Made by a program: the position numbers and the translations under genes. Of a stretch of DNA of 64,000 nt, positions 1-11,446 are shown piece by piece. The stretch is from assembly GCA_937625935.1 (NCBI GenBank), contig OW569391.1, forward strand, positions 317,949 to 381,948. The letters are read 5' to 3'. Within the stretch, counting starts at the first letter, position 1, and every line of letters starts with the position of its first letter. Origin of the DNA: Tetramitus jugosus (Eukaryota; Protista; Heterolobosea). The notes under the pieces are model-generated. The model searched no databases. It worked only from the letters and a program-made list of their open reading frames with translations, and was not told where the DNA came from.

Positions 1-2
1 CC

Positions 3-1982
3 TCATCAGGTATCAATCACACAAACAACAATGTGAGCACTAATCTCTATGTCAAGAATGTACCACCTCATTTCGACAAGGATCAATTGAAGTCATTGTT
101 TGGCTCGTTTGGTGAAATTTCAGAGTCCAGTGTCATGTATGACCGCGAAGGAGTATCTAAACAGATTGGATTCGTTCGATTTGAACAGATTGAAGATGCA
201 ATGAGAGCTGTAGAGGCCATGAATGGCACAATCATCTCAACAACAAGTGATGAACAACAATCAGAATCCAGCACAACAAATGCTGATAGTACAACTACAA
301 CTGCTAGTAACGAGAGTGATAACGCAAGTACTAGTAGCGCTGGAGGTGAAATGATTGCACAAGAGGCTGCAAGACCATTGATTGTCTCATTTGCTGAAAC
401 AAAGACACAAAAAATGCAGAGAAAGCAAAGAAAGTTGTTAAGACAACAACAACAACAACAGCAACAACACAATCCAATGATGATGGCACCGTACTCTCCA
501 TTGTCCAATACGATGCCATCGAATGCCTATGTGATGCCTCCTGCTCATCATCACCACCACCCTCACCATCATCAACATCATCATCAACATTCTCATCATC
601 ATCCACAGCAACAACAACATTATCATCAAGGACCTGCATCTCCTCACATGCGTCACATGTCACCTTCTTCGGCCAACAATCAATTTAACAATCATAATGC
701 GTTTGTGCCTGTGGGACATCATTATACTCCTTATTATCCATATGCTCCTTATACACAGCAGCAACAACAACAACAACCACAACAACAACAGACATCCACT
801 GCTCATCACAACAGAGTCAAGCATCATCATCAACATCACCAACAACAACCACAACAACCGATTGTTGCAGTTGAAAATGAGCCAGCATCTACCATCACTG
901 AACAGCCATCGCTAACAACCAAGACACCAACAGAAGAAACACAGTCCAATCATGCTCCTTCATCATTGGATGAAGCAGCACAAACTGTGACAACAAGTCG
1001 AACGGAAGCAGCGAATGGTAGTGATGCCAGTGATCAAGATAGTGTGACCAGTGATACATCGATTCCACATACAACTCAAGCGACAACTGATAACAACAGG
1101 AGAGGAAAGGCCTTCAGACAGCCACGTAACAAGATGCAGCACAATGCGTCACCTGCGCTGGGCTATTATGCCAACCAGCCTCCAAACCTATCAATGCCAC
1201 CACCACCTTACATGTACCATGGAAATGCACCTTTCTCTCCAGAAACCTATCCAGTTCCTTATCACTATGCCTATGTGCCACCGTCCAATCAAGCTGCTGC
1301 GACATCTGGTCCCTACAGACACTCGAGCAACAATAACCCTGTCATGATGGAGCCAGTATCGCCAGTTTCTCGATCCAATAGAGCAAACTACTCTCACAAT
1401 CATGCCAGGGGAGCCAACAGACAGAACCGAAAGCATGCACCACAGGAAGCTGTCAACAAGTCGACTGCTGTGGCCAGTGATTCCTCCATTTCCGTCGCAC
1501 CACAAAATCCAACAACACCATTGAGTGCAAGCTCCAGTGGTGCAACACCTAGCAGCAGATTCAATATTAGTGGAGAGGATCCAAACTTGTTTGTGTTCCA
1601 TTTGCCAAGCGATGTAACCGATTCCACACTCTTCAGTCTGTTCTGTCCATTTGGTCAGATTGATAGCGTCAAGGTTGTCTCTGATCGTAACACTGGGGAA
1701 AGCAGAGGTTATGGATTCGTGAAGTACTTGAACATGGAGAGTGCTGTGCAGGCTGTGAGTGTGATGAATGGTCACAAGGTTGGTCGCAAGCACCTCAAAG
1801 TTTCATTCAAGACCTCTGTCAAACCAAACTCGGCAGGTCATTCATTTGGTGAAGATGATGAACTTGTTGCGTCTGATGACCATTCTTCTGATTCACATAC
1901 CACCACGAGTCATGATGATACCCAAGAAGAAAGCCACATTGTCACCCAGGAGGAGGAACAACAAAACCAACAACAAGAATAA
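3..1982 (+). CDS. RRM RNA-binding protein (at least 2 RRMs, Q/H-rich linker); 5'-partial
   Basis: RNP2/RNP1 motifs NLYVKNVP...IGFVRF and NLFVFHLP...RGYGFVKY. The frame is open from the window start, so the true start is probably upstream. Confidence 0.85.
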   Translation, partial: SSGINHTNNNVSTNLYVKNVPPHFDKDQLKSLFGSFGEISESSVMYDREGVSKQIGFVRFEQIEDAMRAVEAMNGTIISTTSDEQQSESSTTNADSTTTTASNESDNASTSSAGGEMIAQEAARPLIVSFAETKTQKMQRKQRKLLRQQQQQQQQHNPMMMAPYSPLSNTMPSNAYVMPPAHHHHHPHHHQHHHQHSHHHPQQQQHYHQGPASPHMRHMSPSSANNQFNNHNAFVPVGHHYTPYYPYAPYTQQQQQQQPQQQQTSTAHHNRVKHHHQHHQQQPQQPIVAVENEPASTITEQPSLTTKTPTEETQSNHAPSSLDEAAQTVTTSRTEAANGSDASDQDSVTSDTSIPHTTQATTDNNRRGKAFRQPRNKMQHNASPALGYYANQPPNLSMPPPPYMYHGNAPFSPETYPVPYHYAYVPPSNQAAATSGPYRHSSNNNPVMMEPVSPVSRSNRANYSHNHARGANRQNRKHAPQEAVNKSTAVASDSSISVAPQNPTTPLSASSSGATPSSRFNISGEDPNLFVFHLPSDVTDSTLFSLFCPFGQIDSVKVVSDRNTGESRGYGFVKYLNMESAVQAVSVMNGHKVGRKHLKVSFKTSVKPNSAGHSFGEDDELVASDDHSSDSHTTTSHDDTQEESHIVTQEEEQQNQQQE

Positions 1983-2280
1983 CAAACAACAACAAATAAA
2001 ATAGAGACTACTTTGTCATGATAACTCCGAACTGAAGTCTGTGTATGGTCCACAGAATCGATGTCAGAGATCTCCGACTCCCCAAGAATGATGGTCTTCC
2101 TTTTTCCGTAAACAACCAGCCGCTTCCGGAACATGTGAACTCTGCCTCGCAAGGTTTCCCCAACTGCCGATTTCGTTTTCTTTACAAAGAGCGAACCACC
2201 ATCATCCACACGAACAATAACGACAACGATAACAACAAAGAATTTGCTATATAACAACAACAACAACTATCATCAACAAC

Positions 2281-2952
2281 ATGGCTACTACTACCACAAC
2301 AACTGACTACAACATTGCTACGATTGATTTTGAAGGAGCAAAACAACTCGTTCATCAACAACTATCCCAGGGACTGGACAAGAATCTGTTTTATCATGGA
2401 GTACACCACACATTTGACGACGTCTTACCCAACTCTATCCTGCTCATCAACGAAATGAAACACCTGTTGACAGATGAGCAAGCTCTGATTGTGAAAACGG
2501 CGGCTCTGTTCCATGACACTGGATTTTTGGATCAGTATGACAAGAATGAACCGAGGGGATGCGACAGAGCGAGACAATATTTGCCCCCATTTGGTTACAC
2601 GCAGTCTCAGATTGATGAGATTTGTGTCTGTATCATGGCGACTCAAATGCCGCAGAATCCAGGCGAAAATCTGTTGGCTCAAATGGTGTGCGATGCCGAT
2701 TTGGGTCATTTGGGTACGGATTTGTATTTTTTGAGAGCGGAGGCACTGAGGATGGAATTGACGCGTCTCAAAGGACTCAAACTGTCGCCATTGGAGTGGA
2801 ATAAGAGCAATGTGCCCTTCATGGAGAAACACAGGTATTTTACAGTGGGTGCAGGCAACTTGTTTCAAAAGACAAAGGAGCAAAACATGAGGCAATTGCT
2901 AGAGTTGCTCCAAGGAGTGGCGCACAAGGAGAATGATTCAGTGAGCATGTAA
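2281..2952 (+). CDS. HD-domain metal-dependent phosphohydrolase
   Basis: YHGVHHT...AALFHDTG...CDADLGHLG; intronless 223-aa ORF. Confidence 0.85.
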   Translation: MATTTTTTDYNIATIDFEGAKQLVHQQLSQGLDKNLFYHGVHHTFDDVLPNSILLINEMKHLLTDEQALIVKTAALFHDTGFLDQYDKNEPRGCDRARQYLPPFGYTQSQIDEICVCIMATQMPQNPGENLLAQMVCDADLGHLGTDLYFLRAEALRMELTRLKGLKLSPLEWNKSNVPFMEKHRYFTVGAGNLFQKTKEQNMRQLLELLQGVAHKENDSVSM

Positions 2953-3897
2953 AACGAATACAAACACGGTAAAAACAATCAATTAAAACACTATTAAGTT
3001 AATAGCAGTTGCTATTGTTGTTGCAGAGTCATTTACCTCTAACCATCTCTCTGCGAAACTTTAGCTAACTTTTGCTAACTGGGGTAATAGGGATTTTTTG
3101 GTTGACTCTCCAGTTGTGCGACAAGTTCGTTTAGGAGGTGATGGGCTTGTATCCGAGCTGCATGCTTGTTAGAGAGTAAAAACTTTGGAAATCTACTGCA
3201 ATTGTTTCCACTTGTCTTCAATTTCATGAAAACAGTGTGTGAATTCAGACATGGAGAAGAATAGTCTGCCTGGCTAGAGATTTCTTGGCGAACTTCGCCA
3301 TGCCCTCAGTAACAAGCATTGATCCTTTATTATACCAATTGACTTTCAACTTAAGTCCTGTAGTTTTGTCAAGTATAAACATAAACAATTATTCGATGGT
3401 ACCGATAGTCTCGTCACCTTCTAACGAGGTGCTTGACCGGTTTCAGACGAATGACAAGTTTGGCTCGCCATAAATTCATCACACCAATGAATGGTGTTGC
3501 GATGGCAGTCTGTTTCGTAGCTTGTAAAACACCACCACGCATGATTGAAAATCGACATCCATCTGTTCTCAGCGGCGTCTTGTCCTATTCGAGAGATCGC
3601 GGTTCACCACCAACCGGAATTCACCATTTTTGTGCCATTTATCTCATAACCAATATTTGACATGTAAATACCTCGCTAGATTTCCCCACTCGTCCGACGC
3701 TATTATTACCTGATGCCCGAAAACGCCTCCAACTTCGATGCCCATTGGCAAGAGCAAAAAAACGAAACTACTTTTCAACACCCCTCACAGACGTCGCAAT
3801 AAATACTCTGAGGTTTTGGTTGAAGAGAAGGAAGAAGAAGAAATAATACTCACACTCATAAAACAAACAACACAACGACCGACCCGGATCCATCATC

Positions 3898-5988
3898 ATG
3901 TCTGCCACAACGACAACTACAACAACACAGAAAACCGTACCCGATGATCACCTGTTCTCTCATTGGAAAATTACAAAGAAAGCTCCCGTTCAGTTTACAA
4001 TGGTCGATGAACAGTCCATACGAAACATGTATCCCAACAACAACAACAACAACAACAATAACAATAACAATAGTACAACAACATCCATAGCTACGTCATC
4101 ATCGGCAACAACGACAATGACAAATCAATCATCACATCCTGCTCAACATCATGTCCAACAACAACCGTCATCATTTACATTTGTAAGCTATCCATTGAAT
4201 CGATCCACAAGTTCAGCTACTCCTCCGACTGTTGATTCAAACAAAAAGATGAACAAAGCTATGAACAATAGCTTTGAAAAACAAACGTTTACATTTCATA
4301 TCAATGACTATCAACAAACAAAGTCAACACCTACCAATAATAACAATAATACCAACAATACCAATAATAGTAATAATAGTACGATTGTGAGCTCTACTGT
4401 TCAAAATGTACCATATCGTCCAGTGACTCAACCTACTCGATTCTATTTTGATTCAACATTAGCAAATGCACCATCGTCGTCATCATCATCATCCTTGTCG
4501 TCTCAGCAGCGACAGCATCAGCATCCTTCGACGAGTAAGCCGACGCGACATCTTTTTCAACAGAGGAGAAATTCGGCGCCGGCAATGGAAAATTTTTCGT
4601 TTCCCGCGCCAAATTCCACGAGATCCATTACGGAAAATGGGGTCGATCAACCGTCGTTATCCTCATCATCGACAGTGAGAGCTTCCAAAGCTTTTCATCA
4701 CGTGGTGGTGCCAAATGTTCAACAACCACAACAAGGTCATCATCATCCTAATCAAAGACCAATACAACCACCATCTCATCATCATCATGTGAATGCTACT
4801 GTGCCCTCTACTCTATCTATTCAATCAATCAATAACAATAACGGTAGTGCATCTGTTCCTTCCACTACTACAACTACTACTTCTGTTATTCCTCAGAGAA
4901 AACGATCCATTCATGACGTACACCAAGATGATCTCGATCTATTGAGATCAACATCATCAAGATATCAACAAGCACAACAAGAGGAAGAAGCAGAGTCAAT
5001 AATTATTGACAATAGAGAAACCAATGATGAACCAGTAGCAGAACCACATCATCAATGGTACTATGCACACAGTGAAAAAAACAATGAATACATGTCTACA
5101 CTAACAGGTGAACAAAAGAGGTACATGATGAGTGGAAGAAGTCGATCTGTGCCTATTCATCTCATTCACAATCATTTGATGAATTCATCATTATCCAATA
5201 ATTATAGTAGTGGTAGTGGTAGTGGTAATAGTAATGGAAGGCGTAGAGACAGTGGTAGTAGTAGTAGTCACTCTACACTTGTTTCATCATCTTCTTCGTC
5301 TTCTCTGTCAACGTCACCTGCATTTAACAATAATGATACGAGTCATAATGCTGCTTTTTCATCTAATAATAATAATAGTAGTAGTAGTAGTAGTAATAAT
5401 CAACAGAGTTATAATAGTAGGCATCCACCGGCACATTTGGTGATTGGAACATTGCCTGGTGTGTCACAGATTGAGTCAAGAGCGTTTGCGCGTCGTCGAT
5501 CGTCCATTGACGAGTTAAGTTTTTCATTTTCTACGGCATGCAAGACAGATCACTTGAATTATCCATTGTTGCCACCTCCTACGGCATTGGAAGGAGGAGG
5601 AATGAGTGTTTCAATGAGTAGCGATTCTCTGACGAGTGAAGATGGTGATCGAAGAAGGATTAGACGCAGAGTGAGCTACACTGAGGAGATGCATGTGGAT
5701 CGGATGAATCCAAGCAATGGAAGGAGAGATTCGATTGCCACGAGTGAACACAGTTTTGCAAGCAGTAGTCGAACAAATTCGCCATTGACACCGCTGGCAG
5801 ATGATTCGATTGCTGCTGCACTGCGAGCCTATTCGTTCCCACATGGTTCGAACGATCACTTCAAGGAGCCAACAGCGGCATCCTACTTGCAGAGTGATGT
5901 TTTCCCAGGAGGATATCGCAGGAATTCAGCAACCGAGCATCCAATAACAGAAGATGTCATTCTGCCTCCTCTGCGCAACATTGACTAG
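3898..5988 (+). CDS. Low-complexity (N/S/T/Q/H-rich) hypothetical protein
   Basis: 696-aa ORF with ATG start; no recognisable domain; several RRxS motifs. Confidence 0.65.
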   Translation: MSATTTTTTTQKTVPDDHLFSHWKITKKAPVQFTMVDEQSIRNMYPNNNNNNNNNNNNSTTTSIATSSSATTTMTNQSSHPAQHHVQQQPSSFTFVSYPLNRSTSSATPPTVDSNKKMNKAMNNSFEKQTFTFHINDYQQTKSTPTNNNNNTNNTNNSNNSTIVSSTVQNVPYRPVTQPTRFYFDSTLANAPSSSSSSSLSSQQRQHQHPSTSKPTRHLFQQRRNSAPAMENFSFPAPNSTRSITENGVDQPSLSSSSTVRASKAFHHVVVPNVQQPQQGHHHPNQRPIQPPSHHHHVNATVPSTLSIQSINNNNGSASVPSTTTTTTSVIPQRKRSIHDVHQDDLDLLRSTSSRYQQAQQEEEAESIIIDNRETNDEPVAEPHHQWYYAHSEKNNEYMSTLTGEQKRYMMSGRSRSVPIHLIHNHLMNSSLSNNYSSGSGSGNSNGRRRDSGSSSSHSTLVSSSSSSSLSTSPAFNNNDTSHNAAFSSNNNNSSSSSSNNQQSYNSRHPPAHLVIGTLPGVSQIESRAFARRRSSIDELSFSFSTACKTDHLNYPLLPPPTALEGGGMSVSMSSDSLTSEDGDRRRIRRRVSYTEEMHVDRMNPSNGRRDSIATSEHSFASSSRTNSPLTPLADDSIAAALRAYSFPHGSNDHFKEPTAASYLQSDVFPGGYRRNSATEHPITEDVILPPLRNID

Positions 5989-6032
5989 GTCTGGCAGTGA
6001 AAAAGAAATAAATATCTGAACAATAAGTTATT

Positions 6033-9000
6033 TTATTCCTCTAATCGAGTTCTCTTCTTCCCTCGGTTTGAGGCAGCAGCTGGTGCAGATCGTTTTCTTG
6101 ATTTTTGAACGGGTGTTGGAGACAGCAAGAGTGCAGCACTGTGGGAATCGTCGTCCTCTTGCGTTTCGTTCTCTGTGTTTACTTGAGTTTCCACACTTGG
6201 CACAGATTCTCTTCTTTCGGGTTCCATATCAACAGCACTGCTATGTCCTGCAATCCGATGGACAGTTGACTGACCATTCACAAACTTAGTTTTAAATAAT
6301 ACATTCGCGTTCTGGAACATGCCCTCTTTCAATGACACGACAATGAATTGCGAGTTGGCAAAGTGAGTTTTCAACATCCGTCCAATATTTTGTGTATGTG
6401 AGGGATCCAACGCCGCATCAATTTCATCCAGAATATACATTGGAGCAGGTTTAAAGAGCAGCAAAGCCAAGATGAGTGATAGGGCTAGCAGAGATCGCTG
6501 ACCGCCACTTAGTTCGGCCAGTGATTGCTTCCACACATTACCAAACGCAACTTTCACTTCCAGTCCATCCATCACACCTTCATCTCCCTCTGTTGCTGGC
6601 TCCAGTTTGGCCGTCGTTCCTGGTAGAAGCGTGCTAAAGATGGATCCAAAGTCTTGGTTCACTTTCGTCCATGTCTTCTTGATTGCTTGCTTCTTCTTTT
6701 CATCCAGTTCTTGGATCACCTGTTCAATCTTACTCTTGTCCTTGTCGACAATGCCTCTCTTTTTCATCAAGTTCATATAGTCCTGTTCTGCCTTCTCATA
6801 CATGGTCATGACCTTTTTGTTCACAGATTTTGTAAGTTTTTGGTGTTCATTCTTCAGTGATTCGAGTCTCACCTTTAACTCTTCAGCTGATTCACGATTA
6901 CTGCGGAAGTCGTACTCTGAGTTTGGCTTGTTGAAAAGATGCTCCTCGGTAGATATCCATGTGTGAATACTGATCAAGTTCTTTGTCACGGATTCGGTTT
7001 CCTTCTGAACCTTTTGCAACCGAGTCATTTTGTGCTGAGCCTTCTTAATTTCCAAATTCAACTCTATTTCAGCTCGTTCGTGCTCCTCCTTTTGTTGCAT
7101 GAGTTGGGCGAGTTCTTTGTCCGCTTTGGCCATGTCTTTTTGTCGATTCACGAGTTTGGCTTGAAGTGTGTCATACTCTTCTTTGGTGCCGAGGGCCTTT
7201 GACTCAGCTTCCTGGAGCTCTGTTTGGAATTCATTCTCGATCGCGTGTTGGAGTTGCTTCAATTGCTCTTCTAGTTGTTGAACCTCCTCTTCTTGTTCAG
7301 CAATCTGGGCAGTGAGCCTATCTCTGTCCGATTCTTTGGTGTTGAATTCATTTCTGGCTTGTTGAAGAAGTCTCTTTGCTTCCCGAGAGTTTTTCTCAAT
7401 TTGTTTCAGTGTGGCTTCCTTATTCTGAGCTGTGTTTGTAAATTGCTCCAATTGCTGTTCTACATGTGCCATTTGGTCATTATTGAGAGTTTGCTGTTCC
7501 TTGAGAGTTTCAATCTTTGATTCAAATTGAACGATGTCGGTCTCGCCTTGACTAATCTCCTTTTGGAGTTGGGACGATCTTCCCTGTTCCATATTCTTCT
7601 GCAACAGCTTAATCTCATGCTTCTTCAAATCAATCTTTCTCAACAGCTCCGAGTACTGCTTCTTGACATTTTGATTCTGGGACAAATATTTCTTCACTTG
7701 TTGTATCTCGTTCTCGATATCATTTCTCTTAGCCTCTAGTGCATGTAACTTGTCCAGCTTTAGTAGAGGCGAGTTAGAGGCATCAGCTCTTCGCGAGCCT
7801 CCAGTCAGTGTACCGCGGGGATCAAAACTGTCTCCATCATGCGTTACCGTCTTACAGAACACTTCTCTATCAAAGGCGACCTTTTTAGCTCGCTCTAGTG
7901 TATCACACACAAGGGTTTGACCGAATGTATATTGCATGGCAGGGTCTACACTCTGGTCATATTCGACGAGGATGAGTGCCAAATCTGCTCCCATCTTCTT
8001 GGCTTTCGTGAGAACACTCTCTGGCAATGTGGAGTACTTAACCTTATTCAGTGGAATTACTGTAACACGCTTATCGAATTTGCCATGCTTGATAAGTTGC
8101 GTGGCCGTTTGCTCAGTATCAACTACCAACTGGATTAATTTGTTTCCAGCAGTAACCTCAAGTGCGATGCTTGTCTGTGGATCCCTGATCTTGAATAGGT
8201 CAGCGACTAGACCTTTTACTTTATCTGGATTCACAACCTTCTTATCATAATTTAGCGCAAACACTGTTAATTCACTTCGCAGCTCGTTGATTTGGTTTGT
8301 GACATCGTCCATCGAAGACTGCAATTGATTCATATCTTTCAGGTTTTGGTCATATCCCTTTTGGTCAAATGAATGCGTGTTCAGTTCGTTCACGAAGCCA
8401 GCCAAAACGGACTCCAAGGAGGCAACACGATTTTTCATTTCGTCATCATTCGAGCTTGCTTTTTGCAAAGTTTGTTTCTTTTGTTCCAGAGTTTTCCTCA
8501 AGTGACTCAACTTTAAGGAGGTTTGTTCTTGCTCAGTTTTTAGTTGCGAGTCCTTGGTTTTGCAGTCAATCAACTGTTCTGTCAGAGTTCTGCCATTGGT
8601 AGCATCGCTATCAACAGCCAAACCGGCATACACTGCCTCATACTGCTTATTCAAGTTTGCGACATTAGTTGAGCATTGGTCAACTCTTTCCTTATACGTC
8701 GTTAGAATATCGTTCGCCGAACCAAGTTTGACTCTGTTGGTTTCGATTAATTGCTTTTCGTCGTCCAATTGTTTCTTCAATTTATCTCTTCTCTTTGTTT
8801 CTGTTTCGTACGATTCCTTGACGTGTTCATATTGTGAGTTGAGTTGCACCAGAGTTTTACTCAATTCGGCCACCTTCTTCTCCAATGTTGTAAAATCACT
8901 CTCAATATCCTTTTGCTTCGATTTACGCTTCTGTTCAATAGTTTTCTGAATATTCTTGTGGGAAGATTGACTCTGAGAGCACTTTTGTTGAAGAGCGTCA

Positions 9001-9779
9001 ATTTCTTGTTCCAACTGATTCACATCCTTCTTTGCCTTCTCGGATTGTGCAGCGCAGGTCGTGTATTGATATGCAGCACAGTACCGTTCCAATTTCTCAA
9101 TATCAGTCTTGCCCTGAGACCATTGAATATACTTTGCTCTCTCTCCCTTCAATTTTTCCAATGTTGGGATAATTTCTTCGTTTAACACACGGCCAATCTC
9201 CTCCAGTTTCTTATCCTTTTTCATTATCGTGTTCTGAGCTGACACCTTTTTCATTTCGTACATTCTTGTACCGGCAGCCTCTTCAATCATGCTCAAGATC
9301 TCTGGTGGTTTCATGTTCAACACTTTTGTAATACGTCCCTGCATAATGAGAAAATGAGGATTATTCACGTTCAATTGCACGGATAGGAACAAGTTTTGAA
9401 CACGATTCAATGGTGCATTCTTACCATTGATCAAATACTTGTTCCTACCGCCAATGACCACCTGTCTAGCGACTGTAATTTCAGAACAGTCTTCATAGCC
9501 GACTGGAGAGTTCTTTCGATCAGAATTATCAAATGTAATGGTCACACTTGCTTTTGTAACACCTGCTTGACCTCCCTTGAACACCAATTCCTGAAGGTTG
9601 TTCACACGCACTTGACTCAGATTGGAAATACCCAAAACGAAGCAAATGGCATCCAAAATGTTACTCTTTCCTGAACCGTTTAGACCTGTGATGGCATTGA
9701 AGGATTGGTCAAAACCTGAGAGAACAGTTCTTGAAGCATAGGACTTGAATCCATCGATAATTATTTTAGAAATGTGCAT
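6033..9779 (-). CDS. SMC2: Condensin subunit SMC2
   Basis: GFKSY, FNAITGLNGSGKSNILDAICFVLG (Walker A), hinge, LSGGQRSL signature, LDEIDAALD (Walker B). Confidence 0.97.
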   Translation of the reverse strand: MHISKIIIDGFKSYASRTVLSGFDQSFNAITGLNGSGKSNILDAICFVLGISNLSQVRVNNLQELVFKGGQAGVTKASVTITFDNSDRKNSPVGYEDCSEITVARQVVIGGRNKYLINGKNAPLNRVQNLFLSVQLNVNNPHFLIMQGRITKVLNMKPPEILSMIEEAAGTRMYEMKKVSAQNTIMKKDKKLEEIGRVLNEEIIPTLEKLKGERAKYIQWSQGKTDIEKLERYCAAYQYTTCAAQSEKAKKDVNQLEQEIDALQQKCSQSQSSHKNIQKTIEQKRKSKQKDIESDFTTLEKKVAELSKTLVQLNSQYEHVKESYETETKRRDKLKKQLDDEKQLIETNRVKLGSANDILTTYKERVDQCSTNVANLNKQYEAVYAGLAVDSDATNGRTLTEQLIDCKTKDSQLKTEQEQTSLKLSHLRKTLEQKKQTLQKASSNDDEMKNRVASLESVLAGFVNELNTHSFDQKGYDQNLKDMNQLQSSMDDVTNQINELRSELTVFALNYDKKVVNPDKVKGLVADLFKIRDPQTSIALEVTAGNKLIQLVVDTEQTATQLIKHGKFDKRVTVIPLNKVKYSTLPESVLTKAKKMGADLALILVEYDQSVDPAMQYTFGQTLVCDTLERAKKVAFDREVFCKTVTHDGDSFDPRGTLTGGSRRADASNSPLLKLDKLHALEAKRNDIENEIQQVKKYLSQNQNVKKQYSELLRKIDLKKHEIKLLQKNMEQGRSSQLQKEISQGETDIVQFESKIETLKEQQTLNNDQMAHVEQQLEQFTNTAQNKEATLKQIEKNSREAKRLLQQARNEFNTKESDRDRLTAQIAEQEEEVQQLEEQLKQLQHAIENEFQTELQEAESKALGTKEEYDTLQAKLVNRQKDMAKADKELAQLMQQKEEHERAEIELNLEIKKAQHKMTRLQKVQKETESVTKNLISIHTWISTEEHLFNKPNSEYDFRSNRESAEELKVRLESLKNEHQKLTKSVNKKVMTMYEKAEQDYMNLMKKRGIVDKDKSKIEQVIQELDEKKKQAIKKTWTKVNQDFGSIFSTLLPGTTAKLEPATEGDEGVMDGLEVKVAFGNVWKQSLAELSGGQRSLLALSLILALLLFKPAPMYILDEIDAALDPSHTQNIGRMLKTHFANSQFIVVSLKEGMFQNANVLFKTKFVNGQSTVHRIAGHSSAVDMEPERRESVPSVETQVNTENETQEDDDSHSAALLLSPTPVQKSRKRSAPAAASNRGKKRTRLEE

Positions 9780-10050
9780 TTGTTGTTAGCTCTGGTTTGT
9801 TGTGGGTAGGGGTGGGGAGCCAATTCTGTGCGTTGGACCAAAGGTTTGGTTTTGTCAAAGAGATAACCCTTGTTGTTGCGTGCCTCTCTGTTATACTCGT
9901 TTTTTGTTCCACAAAGTGATCGAACCCCAAACATAAAAAATTGGGCGGGAGCTTTGGAACAAACGATTTTTGGCGGCAAGTTCACTCACTTTGGTGAAAG
10001 AACCGAGCGGATAATTGAGACAAAATTTGAACAAAACCAACGCAACAATA

Positions 10051-11004
10051 ATGGCAGCAAATCAACAATTGACTGATGAGCAAGTCAAACAACAATTACG
10101 ATCACTCAAAGAGCCAATCTGTCTCTTTGGAGAAGACATCAAAACACGGAGAGAACGATTGAGCCGAATTCTTGGCGCCAAAACCAATTCCTCCGCCAAC
10201 AGCAAGAAAACTGCCGCCAAAAATATCCTATCTACTGCGAATTCGGATGATGACTCTAGCTCGGATTCTGACAGCAATGAGGACAATGAAGAACAAAAAC
10301 GGAGAGATCAAGAGCTACAATTGCTCAAACCAGAGCATCAAAAACGTCTAATGGATCTGAGACGTCGCATGAACCAATGCAAAAATCAAAATTTACAAGA
10401 TGTGGTCCAAGAGCATCAACTCCACCAGTTCCTAGACAAGAGAAGAAAGAGAGTGGATGAAGAGAATGCTCAGAGACGAAGAAAGGGTCAAGAACAATTG
10501 TTGTTCACTGGTGATCGATTGCCTCACTTTAAGAGCAAGAAGAGAATGAGAGAAGAGCAAGTAAGCTTAGATATCAGTGCTGAAAAGAGTCAACGGATAC
10601 TTGATACTGAGAAAACAAAGGTGTTTAACCAGTTGGAGCATGAACAAGATGCCAATGTTGCAGCGTATAACAAGAGAGCCAAAAATATACCTGCTCGTCT
10701 CACGGAAGCTTATCACTTGGCTGGTGCTGTCGGTGCGAATGGTGAAACTGAGTTTAGTACCTATGGAAGCTCTTCTTCTGCTGCTGCGGCTATTCCAGAG
10801 GAGAATAAGCAATTGTTGGCCAAAGAATTGGAGAACTCTCGGATAAAGAACAGTGAGTACAGCAGAAGAAGAACGTTCGATGAAGCTGACGATGTAGATT
10901 ATATCAATGAACACAACAGAATGTTCAACAAGAAGGCATCAAGAATCTATGATCCTTATACTGTAGAGATTAAGCAAAATTTAGAAAGAGGAACTGCTCT
11001 ATAA
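10051..11004 (+). CDS. SYF2: Pre-mRNA splicing factor SYF2, with an N-terminal PRP4/PRP18-type splicing-factor motif
   Basis: C-terminus DVDYINEHNRMFNKKASRIYDPYTVEIKQNLERGTAL; N-terminus LRSLKEPICLFGE...RRERL. First ATG is at 10051. Confidence 0.88.
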   Translation: MAANQQLTDEQVKQQLRSLKEPICLFGEDIKTRRERLSRILGAKTNSSANSKKTAAKNILSTANSDDDSSSDSDSNEDNEEQKRRDQELQLLKPEHQKRLMDLRRRMNQCKNQNLQDVVQEHQLHQFLDKRRKRVDEENAQRRRKGQEQLLFTGDRLPHFKSKKRMREEQVSLDISAEKSQRILDTEKTKVFNQLEHEQDANVAAYNKRAKNIPARLTEAYHLAGAVGANGETEFSTYGSSSSAAAAIPEENKQLLAKELENSRIKNSEYSRRRTFDEADDVDYINEHNRMFNKKASRIYDPYTVEIKQNLERGTAL

Positions 11005-11070
11005 ACAATTCTTCATCTTGACAGTTTTCCAATTAATCAAGTTACGCGCCAATTCTCATGTACAACAAAA

Positions 11071-11433
11071 ATGAGCAACCGGCTGCAAATTGAACAACAA
11101 ACAAGCACACTAGTGCTAAACGATGACAAGGATGCTCAGTTTATGGTCAAAGTAGATCTGACAGAAGAGAGTATTTTCAAGGGAATATCGTTTCAGACTG
11201 ATAGCTCCGAAAACCAACAGTACCTTGAACAAAAGCTCCTCGGTGTCTTGATGCCATCGCTCCAGCATCTTATTCACCGGTACTATGATAAACCAAATGC
11301 GCACCTACTAGAACCGAATCCCATTAATTACTTGGCCATGGAACTGATGCGAAATCATCCCAAGTACCGACCTAGTTCTTTGAAGCATCCTTATGTACAG
11401 AAATTACTCCAAAAGTCTCCAGACTCCAAATGA
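11071..11433 (+). CDS. Small Dpy-30/RIIa-like dimerisation-docking domain protein
   Basis: YLEQKLLGVLMPSL...PNPINYLAMELMRNHP pattern. Confidence 0.6.
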   Translation: MSNRLQIEQQTSTLVLNDDKDAQFMVKVDLTEESIFKGISFQTDSSENQQYLEQKLLGVLMPSLQHLIHRYYDKPNAHLLEPNPINYLAMELMRNHPKYRPSSLKHPYVQKLLQKSPDSK

Positions 11434-11446
11434 AAACTTCAAATGA

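Noticed and set aside
430-5420. CAA/CAT/AAT/AGT triplet runs
   Set aside because: They encode poly-Q/H/N/S tracts in normal proteins.
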